From Candidatus Bipolaricaulota bacterium (GTDB taxonomy: Bacteria; Bipolaricaulota; Bipolaricaulia; UBA7950; UBA9294), in assembly GCA_040752575.1 (NCBI GenBank), contig JBFMGK010000076.1:1-63907 (forward strand): 63,907 nucleotides of DNA, written 5' to 3'. The notes under the pieces were generated by a model. That model had not been told where the DNA came from, made no database searches, and saw only the letters and a list, made by a program, of their open reading frames with translations. The translations under genes and the position numbers were made by a program. Position 1 is the first letter of the stretch, and the number at the start of each line of letters is the position of its first letter. Of the stretch, positions 49,469-57,438 are shown in pieces.

Positions 49469-50209
49469 CTATGGGGCCGTCTGCGTGTCAAGGACTTGTC
49501 CGTTGCGCATCCGGAAGACGCTCACGGCGACCTCTTCATAGGCGTACGTCTGTGCCCGTACGACACACAGGCCCCAGGCGAAGTCGCGAGCCCCGGAGAT
49601 CATCTCGCTCGCGCGATGGACCGCGGTCGTCTTGGGGTTCACAACCCCGTACTCGAGGCCGATCAGCGCTCCATAGACGTCATAGAGTTCGATCGCGTAG
49701 TGGTTCGCCGTGTTCGTCGGATTCAGGATCGCAAGGTGTGTGTCGTTGTTCGGCCCTCCGCTCGTGTACTGCGCCGTGTAGAAGAACTCGTGCCGCGTGG
49801 CGGTCGCGCCCTTCGGAGAGGGGTCATAGCCGGTAAGAGTCGAGGCGACGTATCGCTCCGCGACAACCACTAGATCCTCTGGGTAGTTCAGCCACGTCTG
49901 CACCGTACACAGCCCCCATGCCCGCGTACGGTCTCCCGAGATCAGGTCCGCGAGCCAAATGTGGTGGGCGTTCCCGTCGTTGACGATCCCCTCCCTCGAG
50001 CCAAGCTCCGTTCCGGAGGGGGAGTAGACCGTCACGGTGTAGCGCACCGCGGTGTCGTGGGGATTCGCGATGTAGAGCCGCGTGCCGCTCTCGACTCCCC
50101 CAGCGGGATAGCTCGCATCGTAGTACACGGGATAGAAGGCTTGTGCGGCCCCGACCACGGAGACGAGGACAAGCCCCGACAGAAGAAGCCCTATAGATCT
50201 ACGTTTCAT
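49469..50209 (-). CDS. Secreted hypothetical protein with two internal repeats
   Basis: Signal peptide. Repeated T.L.I.NP...Y...Y...G..G ... ISG..AWGLC.V. Confidence 0.7.
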   Translation of the reverse strand: MKRRSIGLLLSGLVLVSVVGAAQAFYPVYYDASYPAGGVESGTRLYIANPHDTAVRYTVTVYSPSGTELGSREGIVNDGNAHHIWLADLISGDRTRAWGLCTVQTWLNYPEDLVVVAERYVASTLTGYDPSPKGATATRHEFFYTAQYTSGGPNNDTHLAILNPTNTANHYAIELYDVYGALIGLEYGVVNPKTTAVHRASEMISGARDFAWGLCVVRAQTYAYEEVAVSVFRMRNGQVLDTQTAP

Positions 50210-50380
50210 CTCGACCTCGCTTTCCGTTCCCCGGCGCCGCAAGAGAGGACTCTGCGCCCGGCACAGTCTAGGCGATGAGCTTCGCGCAGGCGAAACGGCT
50301 GTGCGCAGCCACCTGGCGCCCTGCGGATAGCTAGGCAACGGGGCGGAGCGGGCGGGGCGTCGGAGTTGCTTGGTGGTCCT

Positions 50381-50682
50381 CCGACGGCTGGGGAGTCTGC
50401 AGGACCGGTGGCCGCAGACTCCTATCCTAGGGACGAAGGCTCTCAGCTCCTGCCCTAATGGAGAGCCCACGGCAGGGCAAACGGGCTGCTTGTTAGGGCG
50501 GAGAGGATGGCTGGCGAGGTGGCTCTGCCGTTCCTCGGCAGCTTCGGAGTCCGCTCGGCGGACTCCCCTGGCTCTACGTTGTGTCGGTCCCCGACGGCTG
50601 GGGAGTCTGCAGGACCGGTGGCCGCAGACTCCTATCCTAGGGACGAAGGCTCTCAGCTCCTGCCCTAATGGAGAGCCCACGG
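50381..50682. repeat. Two identical 92-bp structured direct repeats (50381-50472, 50591-50682) downstream of tRNA-Gln
   Basis: CCGACGGCTGGGGAGTCTGC...GAGAGCCCACGG twice, period 210. Confidence 0.92.
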
Positions 50683-50703
50683 ACGCGTGCCGTGGGCTCT
50701 CTA

Positions 50704-50775
50704 TTAGGGCGGGAGGATTCGAACCTCCGAATGGCGGCTCCAAAGGCCGCTGCCTTTCCGCTTGGCGACGCCCTA
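50704..50775 (-). tRNA. tRNA-Gln(TTG)
   Basis: TAGGGCGTCGCCAAGCGGAAAGGC..GCGGC-CTTTGGA-GCCGC..GGTTCGAATCC..CGCCCTAA. No encoded CCA. Confidence 0.95.
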
Positions 50776-51072
50776 GTGTGGGATATCGGCCGCCGAGGGC
50801 GGTCCCCCGGCGCCGTTGCCAACGACCTCGTGGTACTTCGCCAGGATCGCGCTCTCCAACTCCAGGCGAAACGCATTGTCGATCGGGTGCGCGGTGTCGC
50901 GAAAGTCGCCGTCCTTGCCCTCGCGACTCGGCATCGCGACAAACAGCGCCTCTTTGCCCTGGATGATCTTCACGCTGTGAACGATGAACACGTCATCGAA
51001 CACGACCGAGCAGAACGCTTTGAGGTTCCCCTCGTCGCGCATCGGACGGATCTCGACCTTCGTGATCTCCAC
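50773..51072 (-). CDS. spoVG: SpoVG family RNA/DNA-binding protein
   Basis: EITKVEIR, LKAFCSV, FVAMPS, FRDTAHPI. Confidence 0.93.
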   Translation of the reverse strand: MEITKVEIRPMRDEGNLKAFCSVVFDDVFIVHSVKIIQGKEALFVAMPSREGKDGDFRDTAHPIDNAFRLELESAILAKYHEVVGNGAGGPPSAADIPH

Positions 51073-51132
51073 GGCTTGAGCCTTTCCACCCTCGACGGTG
51101 CCGATCGATCTTAGCGACGTGCCGACGCCGTT

Positions 51133-53502
51133 TCAATTCTCCGCTGGTTCGCCGGCGAGTTCGATCTCGGTGACGCCGTCTCCGCCAAGGTTCGGCGGCG
51201 CGTAGCCGAAGCGGGTAACGAACGAACACGAAGAGAGATAGGAGCGGACGGCATCGCGCAGCGCCCCCGTCCCCTTGCCGTGCAGAATCCGCGCGTTGCG
51301 CAAGTCGGCGCGCAGGAGCGCGTCGAGGTATTCCTCGACGCGCCGCAACGCTTCGTTGACCGTCAAGCCCCGCAAGTCGAGTTGCAGCGGCACCTGGCTC
51401 GGCCGCGGCCGCCGCATCTGGATCGAAGTCTCGCGCCGACCGTCCTCTTGCGGCGCCCGCCGCGGAGCTTCGAGGTCCTTCGCTTCGGTCGAGACGCGGA
51501 TGCCCCCGTCAAGGTCGACGACGACTTTCCCGCGAGGGTCGACGTGGACGATCCGTCCCTTCGCGTCGACGCTGCGCACGTGAACGAGCCGCCCGGGCTC
51601 GATCTCCTCATCGGACAGCGGCGTCGGTTCGGCGGCCTCGGCGAGCGCTTTCCGTTCCTCGGATGCCTGTTCGCGCAGCTCGACAACCCGACTCAAGGCC
51701 TCCTTCGCACGGGCGGCCTCTACGCCATCGGCACGAGCCCGGGCCAGGAGGCTCTCGACGTCGCGCTGCGCGGTCTGCAAGAAGTCCTCGAGCCGCCGCA
51801 CTTCGCGCGACAGCGCGCGCTCGCGCTCCTGCTCGAACGCGCGCAGCTTGCCTTCGTAGGTCTCGCGCAGCGCTCGCGCCGCAGAGCGGTCTGCTTCCGC
51901 CGCCTCGCGATGGCCAATCAACGCCTGCCGCTCGCGGTGCAGTTCGTCGATGATGTCCTCGGCGCGAATCTCGCCGGACGACAGGAACCCGCGCGCCCGG
52001 TCGATGAGCTCGGCCGCGAGACCCAGCCTCTCGGCAATGATGAACGCGTTGGAGCGTCCGGGAACGCCTTCCACGACGCGGAAGCTCGGCCCGAGGGTCG
52101 CGAGGTCGAACTCCATGGATGCCGTCTTGATCTCGGGATGGCGGATCGCGAAGTACTTGAGCGGGGTCAGATGCGTCGAGACCGCCACGAGGGCCCCGCT
52201 GGCCAGGAGCGCTTCGATGATGGCCAGCCCGAGCGCCGCCCCCTCTTGCGGGTCGGTGCCCGCGCCCAACTCGTCGAGGAGAATCAGAGTGTCGGCGCGC
52301 GCTTCGCCGAGAATCGAGACCGTGTTCTTCATGTGCGCCGAGAACGTCGACAGGTTCTGCTCGATCGATTGCTCGTCGCCGATGTCGGTTCGGACGGCCG
52401 TCACGACACGAATCTCCGAGTCCGGAGACGCCGGAATCGGAATCCCGGCCTGGGTCATGAGCGTCAGAAGGCCCAGCGTCTTGAGCGTGACCGTCTTCCC
52501 TCCCGTATTCGGACCGGTGATGACGGTCATGCGCTTTCCGTCGCCAAGCGAGAGCGAGATCGGCACGGCACGGTCGCGAGGAAGCAGGGGATGGCGAGCC
52601 CCGCGCAAGGTCAACGCCGTTCCCAGGCGAGGGAACGAGCAGTGATAGGCGACGGCGAACCCGGCGCGTGCAAACAGCCCGTCGAGGTGGGATAGGACCG
52701 CGCGATCGCGCAAGAACGACGCTTCCGCTGCGAGGAAGGCCTCGGTAAGTTCACGCAGAATGCGTCGGACCTCCTCCCGAATCGCCTCGGCAAGCTCAGC
52801 GACGACGTTGTTCTCGGCCACGAGCCACGTCGGCTCGGCGTAGAGCGTCTGTCCGGTCGCCGATCGGTCGTGGACGACGTAGTCGTTCATCGCCACGACC
52901 CCGCTCTTCACGGGAAGGACGAGCCGGCCGCGCCGCCGCGTGATCACCGGTTCGCTCACCAAGTCGGGACTTCGCTCCATGAGTTGTCGGAGCTTGGTCT
53001 CGACGCGAGCTTCTGCCGTTCGCCGCTTCTTGTTCAGAGCGTCCAACTCGGCCGTCGCGTCGTCGCGAACGGCCCCGCGCTCATCGATCGCGCGGCGGAT
53101 TCCCCGCGCGACGTCTTCGCCCCCCCGCAGACGCCCTGCGTGCTCGCCGAGCCGCGGGTATCCCGGTGCGCTCGCAAGTCGCTCCCGAAGGTCGTTCGTC
53201 GCGTCGACCGTCTGCAGAACGATGAGGAAGTCCTCGCCGTCCAGCCCGATGCCTTCTTTCGCACGTGCCAAGAGCGGCGCCAGGTCGCGCGCACCGCCGA
53301 GCGAGAACCCGCCCAGCTCGCCGAGGAACCGAACGGCCTCGCACACCTCGTCCGCGGCGGCTTCGATCGCCTCGCGTTCGGCTACGGGAACCAGAGCCTC
53401 GACAGCCTCCTCGCCCAACGAAGACGACGCGTGGGCGCGGACGAGCGACCGGAGCCGATCGAACTCCAGATCTCGCAGTGCCTTGTCATTGGCGACGTTC
53501 AC
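51133..53502 (-). CDS. mutS2: Endonuclease MutS2
   Basis: TGPNTGGKT, DIGDEQSIEQNLSTFS, DELGAGTDP, C-terminal Smr (LDLRG..HGKGTG). Confidence 0.95.
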   Translation of the reverse strand: MNVANDKALRDLEFDRLRSLVRAHASSSLGEEAVEALVPVAEREAIEAAADEVCEAVRFLGELGGFSLGGARDLAPLLARAKEGIGLDGEDFLIVLQTVDATNDLRERLASAPGYPRLGEHAGRLRGGEDVARGIRRAIDERGAVRDDATAELDALNKKRRTAEARVETKLRQLMERSPDLVSEPVITRRRGRLVLPVKSGVVAMNDYVVHDRSATGQTLYAEPTWLVAENNVVAELAEAIREEVRRILRELTEAFLAAEASFLRDRAVLSHLDGLFARAGFAVAYHCSFPRLGTALTLRGARHPLLPRDRAVPISLSLGDGKRMTVITGPNTGGKTVTLKTLGLLTLMTQAGIPIPASPDSEIRVVTAVRTDIGDEQSIEQNLSTFSAHMKNTVSILGEARADTLILLDELGAGTDPQEGAALGLAIIEALLASGALVAVSTHLTPLKYFAIRHPEIKTASMEFDLATLGPSFRVVEGVPGRSNAFIIAERLGLAAELIDRARGFLSSGEIRAEDIIDELHRERQALIGHREAAEADRSAARALRETYEGKLRAFEQERERALSREVRRLEDFLQTAQRDVESLLARARADGVEAARAKEALSRVVELREQASEERKALAEAAEPTPLSDEEIEPGRLVHVRSVDAKGRIVHVDPRGKVVVDLDGGIRVSTEAKDLEAPRRAPQEDGRRETSIQMRRPRPSQVPLQLDLRGLTVNEALRRVEEYLDALLRADLRNARILHGKGTGALRDAVRSYLSSCSFVTRFGYAPPNLGGDGVTEIELAGEPAEN

Positions 53503-53644
53503 GGCATCCTCCCCGCGCAGCCGACCCTTCGCTCCACGGCGGTTGTAGCTCATGGCCGACGATCCATCAACAGTTCCACGCTTGTCTCCCGACGCGACGT
53601 CAAGGAAGATCGGGCCTCCTGCAACGCGCGGGAGGAGGATCACC

Positions 53645-54553
53645 ATGCGGGGGGATCGACCCCTGGGAGCTTACGCGGCACTCGCCTTCGCGATGATCGT
53701 CTGGGGGCTCTCTTTCCTCGCGACCAAGGACCTGTTGCCGAGGATCCCCGTGCTTCCGCTTTTGTTCACGCGTTTCGCCATCGCGACGGCGATCGTCGGC
53801 GCCATCGGCTTGCACCGCCGTGCGCTCCGGCTCCCGCGTCGCGAGATCGTCGTGCTCGCCGGCATCTCGTTGATCAGTCCCGTCGGATACTACCTCTTCG
53901 AGACCTTCGGGGTTGCCGCGACGCAAGCCAGCCACGCTTCGATTCTCATCGCGACGATCCCGATTGCCGTGTACCTTCTCGCGTTCGCTCGACGAACAGA
54001 GCGCGCGACGTGGAAGAAGACGCTGGGCATCCTCCTGGCGTTCGGCGGCGTGTTCCTTCTCGTCGGATCGTCCGGCAACGAGGCAGGGGCCAGCCTGATC
54101 GGCGACCTCCTCGTCCTCGGCGCCGTCGTCTGCGCCGCCGTGCAGACGATGCTCATCAAGGACGCGCTCCGCCGCGTCTCGCCGCTTCAGCTCACCTTCA
54201 CGCAGTCGGCCGTCGCGGCGGCCGTGTTCGGCCCCCTTGCGGTACGGGACGGTTTCTCCTGGGTTCCCGAGCTGTCGCCCGTCCATTGGCTCGAGCTGCT
54301 TTTCTTGGCCGTCTTGTGCTCGGGCCTCGCGTTCCTGGCCATGCACTACGCACTGCGGCGCCTCTCCGCCACGAGCGTCTCGGTATCGGCCAATCTCGTC
54401 CCGGTCGTCACGCTCCTCGCCGAGGGGCTTGCCCTGGGCATCGCCCCGACGCTGCTGAAGATCGCCGGCACCGTCCTGGCGATCGCCGGCGTTGTGCTCA
54501 CCGAGGTGGGACGCGAAGCCGAACCCCCGGCTCCTCGAGGAGGCGTCGGTTGA
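53645..54553 (+). CDS. DMT/EamA family transporter
   Basis: IVWGLSF..K, RF and GDLL motifs. About ten TM helices. Confidence 0.88.
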   Translation: MRGDRPLGAYAALAFAMIVWGLSFLATKDLLPRIPVLPLLFTRFAIATAIVGAIGLHRRALRLPRREIVVLAGISLISPVGYYLFETFGVAATQASHASILIATIPIAVYLLAFARRTERATWKKTLGILLAFGGVFLLVGSSGNEAGASLIGDLLVLGAVVCAAVQTMLIKDALRRVSPLQLTFTQSAVAAAVFGPLAVRDGFSWVPELSPVHWLELLFLAVLCSGLAFLAMHYALRRLSATSVSVSANLVPVVTLLAEGLALGIAPTLLKIAGTVLAIAGVVLTEVGREAEPPAPRGGVG

Positions 54554-55911
54554 GGGCTCGCTCGCTCTTCGCCCGCCTCGCGATCCAGCGCTCCCACGCC
54601 CCGCGCGTCGCGGCGCTCGCGGCGCCGGTCATCCTGGGATCGCTCTCCTACACTCTCCTCACCGCCGTCGACACGGTGTTCCTCGGTCGTCTCGGCGACG
54701 CCCCACTCGCTGCCTCGGGCATCGCCGGCGTGCTGTTCTTCGCCATCGTCTTCGCCCTCGGCTCCCTGTCCGTCGGCGTCCAGACGTTGACCGCCCGGCG
54801 GTTCGGCGAGGGCGACTTCGCGCGCTGCGGCGACGTCCTGCGAGTCGGACTTACCCTTTCCTTGCTGCTCGGGCTTCCCCTCGCAGCGGGCGCGCCGTGG
54901 ATTGCGCGATGGGCCGCCCCCCTTTTGTCCAACGATCCGCTCGTCGTCCGCCTGGGAACGAAGTACCTCGAGTTCCGCCTCTACGGCGCGCCGTTCACGT
55001 TCTTCGGCTGGATGTACGCCGCGTTCTTCGCGGGCATCGGAAAGACGAGACACCAGTTTGAGAGCTCGCTTCTTGTCACCATCGCCAACATCGGCCTCGA
55101 CTACGGCCTGATCTTCGGACGTCTCGGCCTGCCTCGGCTCGAAGTCACGGGAGCGGCTCTGGCGTCGAGTCTCGCCGTTGCCCTCGGGGCCGCGTACTTC
55201 GCGGCCGTCTCCTGGCTGCCGGCCGTTCGCCGCCGGTTCCGCCGACCGCGGGGAGAGGTCCGCAGTCCAGTGGTCGGAGCCATCCTGCGTCTTTCGCTGC
55301 CCGTCGGCGCGCAGCGCGTCGTGAGCCACGGAAGTTGGTTCGCCTTCTTCTTCGTCGTGTCGCGCATCGGAACCGTCGAGCTTGCGGCGACGAATGTCCT
55401 CCGCTCGATCTACTCGCTCACGATCATGCTCGCCGTGGGGATGGGGACGGCGGCCTCGGCGCTCGTAGGCCAGAACCTCGGTGCCGGTCGCCCGGACGAC
55501 GCCGAGCGGTATGCCTGGGAGGCCGTGAAGCTGGCCGCGTACGCCATGGGCGCGGTGGGACTTCTGTTCCTGTTTGCCCCGAGTCTGTTGCTGCGCATCT
55601 ACACAGTTCAGCCCGAGGTTCTCGCCGCCGGGCGAGGCCCCCTGTCCTGGCTGGGCTTCGTCCAGGCGTTTGCCGGCGTCGCCCTGGTCTTGTCCCACGC
55701 GCTCCAGGGTGCCGGGAACACGCGCTTCGTCTTCGTTGTCGAGATCCTCGTCTGCGTCGGCCTCTATCTGCCCGTTGTCTACACTCTAGGATTGCGCACG
55801 CCGCTCGGCCTCGCCGGCGCCTGGACCGGGGAGTACGTGTACTGGACCACGCTCGCCGTCATCATGGCCGCGAAGTTCCGCCGTGGCACGTGGAAGCGAA
55901 TCGTGGTCTAG
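54550..55911 (+). CDS. MATE family efflux transporter
   Basis: LAAP..DTVFLGRLG, NIGLDYGLIFG, GQNLGAG. TTG start overlaps the upstream TGA. Confidence 0.9.
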   Translation: MRARSLFARLAIQRSHAPRVAALAAPVILGSLSYTLLTAVDTVFLGRLGDAPLAASGIAGVLFFAIVFALGSLSVGVQTLTARRFGEGDFARCGDVLRVGLTLSLLLGLPLAAGAPWIARWAAPLLSNDPLVVRLGTKYLEFRLYGAPFTFFGWMYAAFFAGIGKTRHQFESSLLVTIANIGLDYGLIFGRLGLPRLEVTGAALASSLAVALGAAYFAAVSWLPAVRRRFRRPRGEVRSPVVGAILRLSLPVGAQRVVSHGSWFAFFFVVSRIGTVELAATNVLRSIYSLTIMLAVGMGTAASALVGQNLGAGRPDDAERYAWEAVKLAAYAMGAVGLLFLFAPSLLLRIYTVQPEVLAAGRGPLSWLGFVQAFAGVALVLSHALQGAGNTRFVFVVEILVCVGLYLPVVYTLGLRTPLGLAGAWTGEYVYWTTLAVIMAAKFRRGTWKRIVV

Positions 55912-56579
55912 CGCTGCGACGTCGGCTCTCCGCCCAGAAAGGCGCGAACCGCCGACAAGATGGCACGAGCGAGCCCTTTCTGCCGCTCGACGTCGTGAAG
56001 GGCTCGGTTCTCGGCCGTGTGGGTCATGAACCCCATCTCGACAAGCGCCGCGGGGATCGAGAGTCGCCACAGGAAGAGCGACGCGCGGCGGACGCCTCGG
56101 TCTTTCGACCCCATGACCGCGAGGACGTTCCTTTGCAGCAGCGCGGCGAGTTGCTCGCTTCGGCCGCCGCACGGCGCGGCTTCATCGACGAAGGTCTCGA
56201 TGCCGCTCACGGACGGGTCGCTGTACGCATTCGCGTGGAGGCTCACGAACAACGCAGCGCCGACTTGGCGAGCCTTGGCGGCGCGATCGGCCAACTCGAC
56301 GAACCGATCGTTCTCGCGTGTGAGGACAACCCGCAACCCTGGGTCTCGCGAGGCCTCGAGCGCCACGAGACGAGCCACAGAGAGCGTCAAATCTTTCTCC
56401 AGATCCCCCGAACGGCTGATCGCCCCCGGATCGCTGCCGCCGTGGCCTGGGTCGATGACCACCACAACCGGCGAAGACCACAGGACGTCTCCGCCGTGGA
56501 TCCCGGCGTGTCCCCCGGCAACGCCGAGGAGCGCGAGCACAAGGCCGATTCGGATTCGCGTGACCCCCAAGCTTCCCAT
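55908..56579 (-). CDS. N-acetylmuramoyl-L-alanine amidase (Amidase_3)
   Basis: IDPGHGGSDPGA, EKDLTL, SLHAN, LVEMGF. Confidence 0.92.
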   Translation of the reverse strand: MGSLGVTRIRIGLVLALLGVAGGHAGIHGGDVLWSSPVVVVIDPGHGGSDPGAISRSGDLEKDLTLSVARLVALEASRDPGLRVVLTRENDRFVELADRAAKARQVGAALFVSLHANAYSDPSVSGIETFVDEAAPCGGRSEQLAALLQRNVLAVMGSKDRGVRRASLFLWRLSIPAALVEMGFMTHTAENRALHDVERQKGLARAILSAVRAFLGGEPTSQR

Positions 56580-56724
56580 CCTCCCTGCTCGGACGGAGCG
56601 TAGCCGGGGGAGATCCGGCCGGCCTGGGCTTCGGCGCGTCGACGAGACGACATCCGCCCCCACCCAACGTCCGGCGTGTCCTTCCCCTTGCGCCGCCCGT
56701 CCCGTGACGCTATTCTCTCAAGAA

Positions 56725-56739
56725 TGAGAATCATTCTCA
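56725..56739. promoter_or_regulatory. Fur box (7-1-7)
   Basis: TGAGAAT-C-ATTCTCA perfect palindrome upstream of feoA. Confidence 0.85.
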
Positions 56740-56752
56740 CAGCGGGAGGCAC

Positions 56753-57004
56753 ATGACGCTTGCGGACGTCACCGGGCGGGAGTCGGTTCGGATCACGACC
56801 ATCGATGCCGGATTCGGCCTTCGGCGCCGCTTGGGAAGCATGGGGCTCCATGCCGGGGATGTCGTCACGGTTGTCTCGCGGGCCGCGTTTCGCGGCCCTC
56901 TTCTGGTCCAAGCTCACGGCGTCCGGCTCGCCCTCGGGCGGGGCGTCGCCGGCCGCATCGGCGTGATCCCCGTGACCTGTCCGAGCAGGAGTCCCGCGAC
57001 ATGA
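56753..57004 (+). CDS. feoA: Ferrous iron transport protein A
   Basis: RRLGSMGL..G..GP...RLALGRG. Upstream of feoB. Confidence 0.9.
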   Translation: MTLADVTGRESVRITTIDAGFGLRRRLGSMGLHAGDVVTVVSRAAFRGPLLVQAHGVRLALGRGVAGRIGVIPVTCPSRSPAT

Positions 57005-57438
57005 CCACCGATCGGCGCGCCATGCAATCGTCACTCGCTGCCGCCGGCAAACGGCTCACCCCGGAGCGCGAGCTGCTCCTTGACGTGATCGGCCAGCATC
57101 CCCACAGCGACGCGATCGAGATCCTTCGCCTGGCGCGCAAGCGACGGCCGAGAATCGGTTTAGCCACGGTCTACCGCACGCTCCGGCTTCTCGAGGAGCT
57201 CGAAGTTGTCGAAGCGCGCCGTCTGGGCCAACCCCACAGCCATTACGAGGTGAGGCGCCGCGATCACCTGCACCTTGTGTGCACACGCTGTGGAGCCGTG
57301 CTCGATCTGCCATCCCCGTTCGACGTCACCGCCCTCGAACGCGAGCACGATTTCGAGGTCTCGCAGGTACGTCTCGAGCTGGTCGGTCTCTGCGCCAAGT
57401 GCCGGAGGGCGGCGAGGCGCGAAGCGGAAACGTCGTGA
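57001..57438 (+). CDS. fur: Fur family transcriptional regulator
   Basis: RLTPER, ATVYRTL, HLHLVCTRCG, GLCAKC. Confidence 0.88.
   Translation: MTTDRRAMQSSLAAAGKRLTPERELLLDVIGQHPHSDAIEILRLARKRRPRIGLATVYRTLRLLEELEVVEARRLGQPHSHYEVRRRDHLHLVCTRCGAVLDLPSPFDVTALEREHDFEVSQVRLELVGLCAKCRRAARREAETS

Noticed and set aside
50381..50682. 92-bp repeats as CRISPR or attL/attR of a prophage
   Set aside because: Too long for CRISPR repeats. Only 118 bp apart, with no integrase or cargo.
50210..50743. N-terminal extension of the 424-aa ORF containing a repeated peptide
   Set aside because: It runs through tRNA-Gln and the non-coding repeats. The signal-peptide start is at 50209.
52870..54549. 1013-aa ORF as an N-terminally extended MATE
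   Set aside because: The upstream part overlaps mutS2 and the DMT gene. It is a GC-rich open-frame artefact; the likely start is about 54550.
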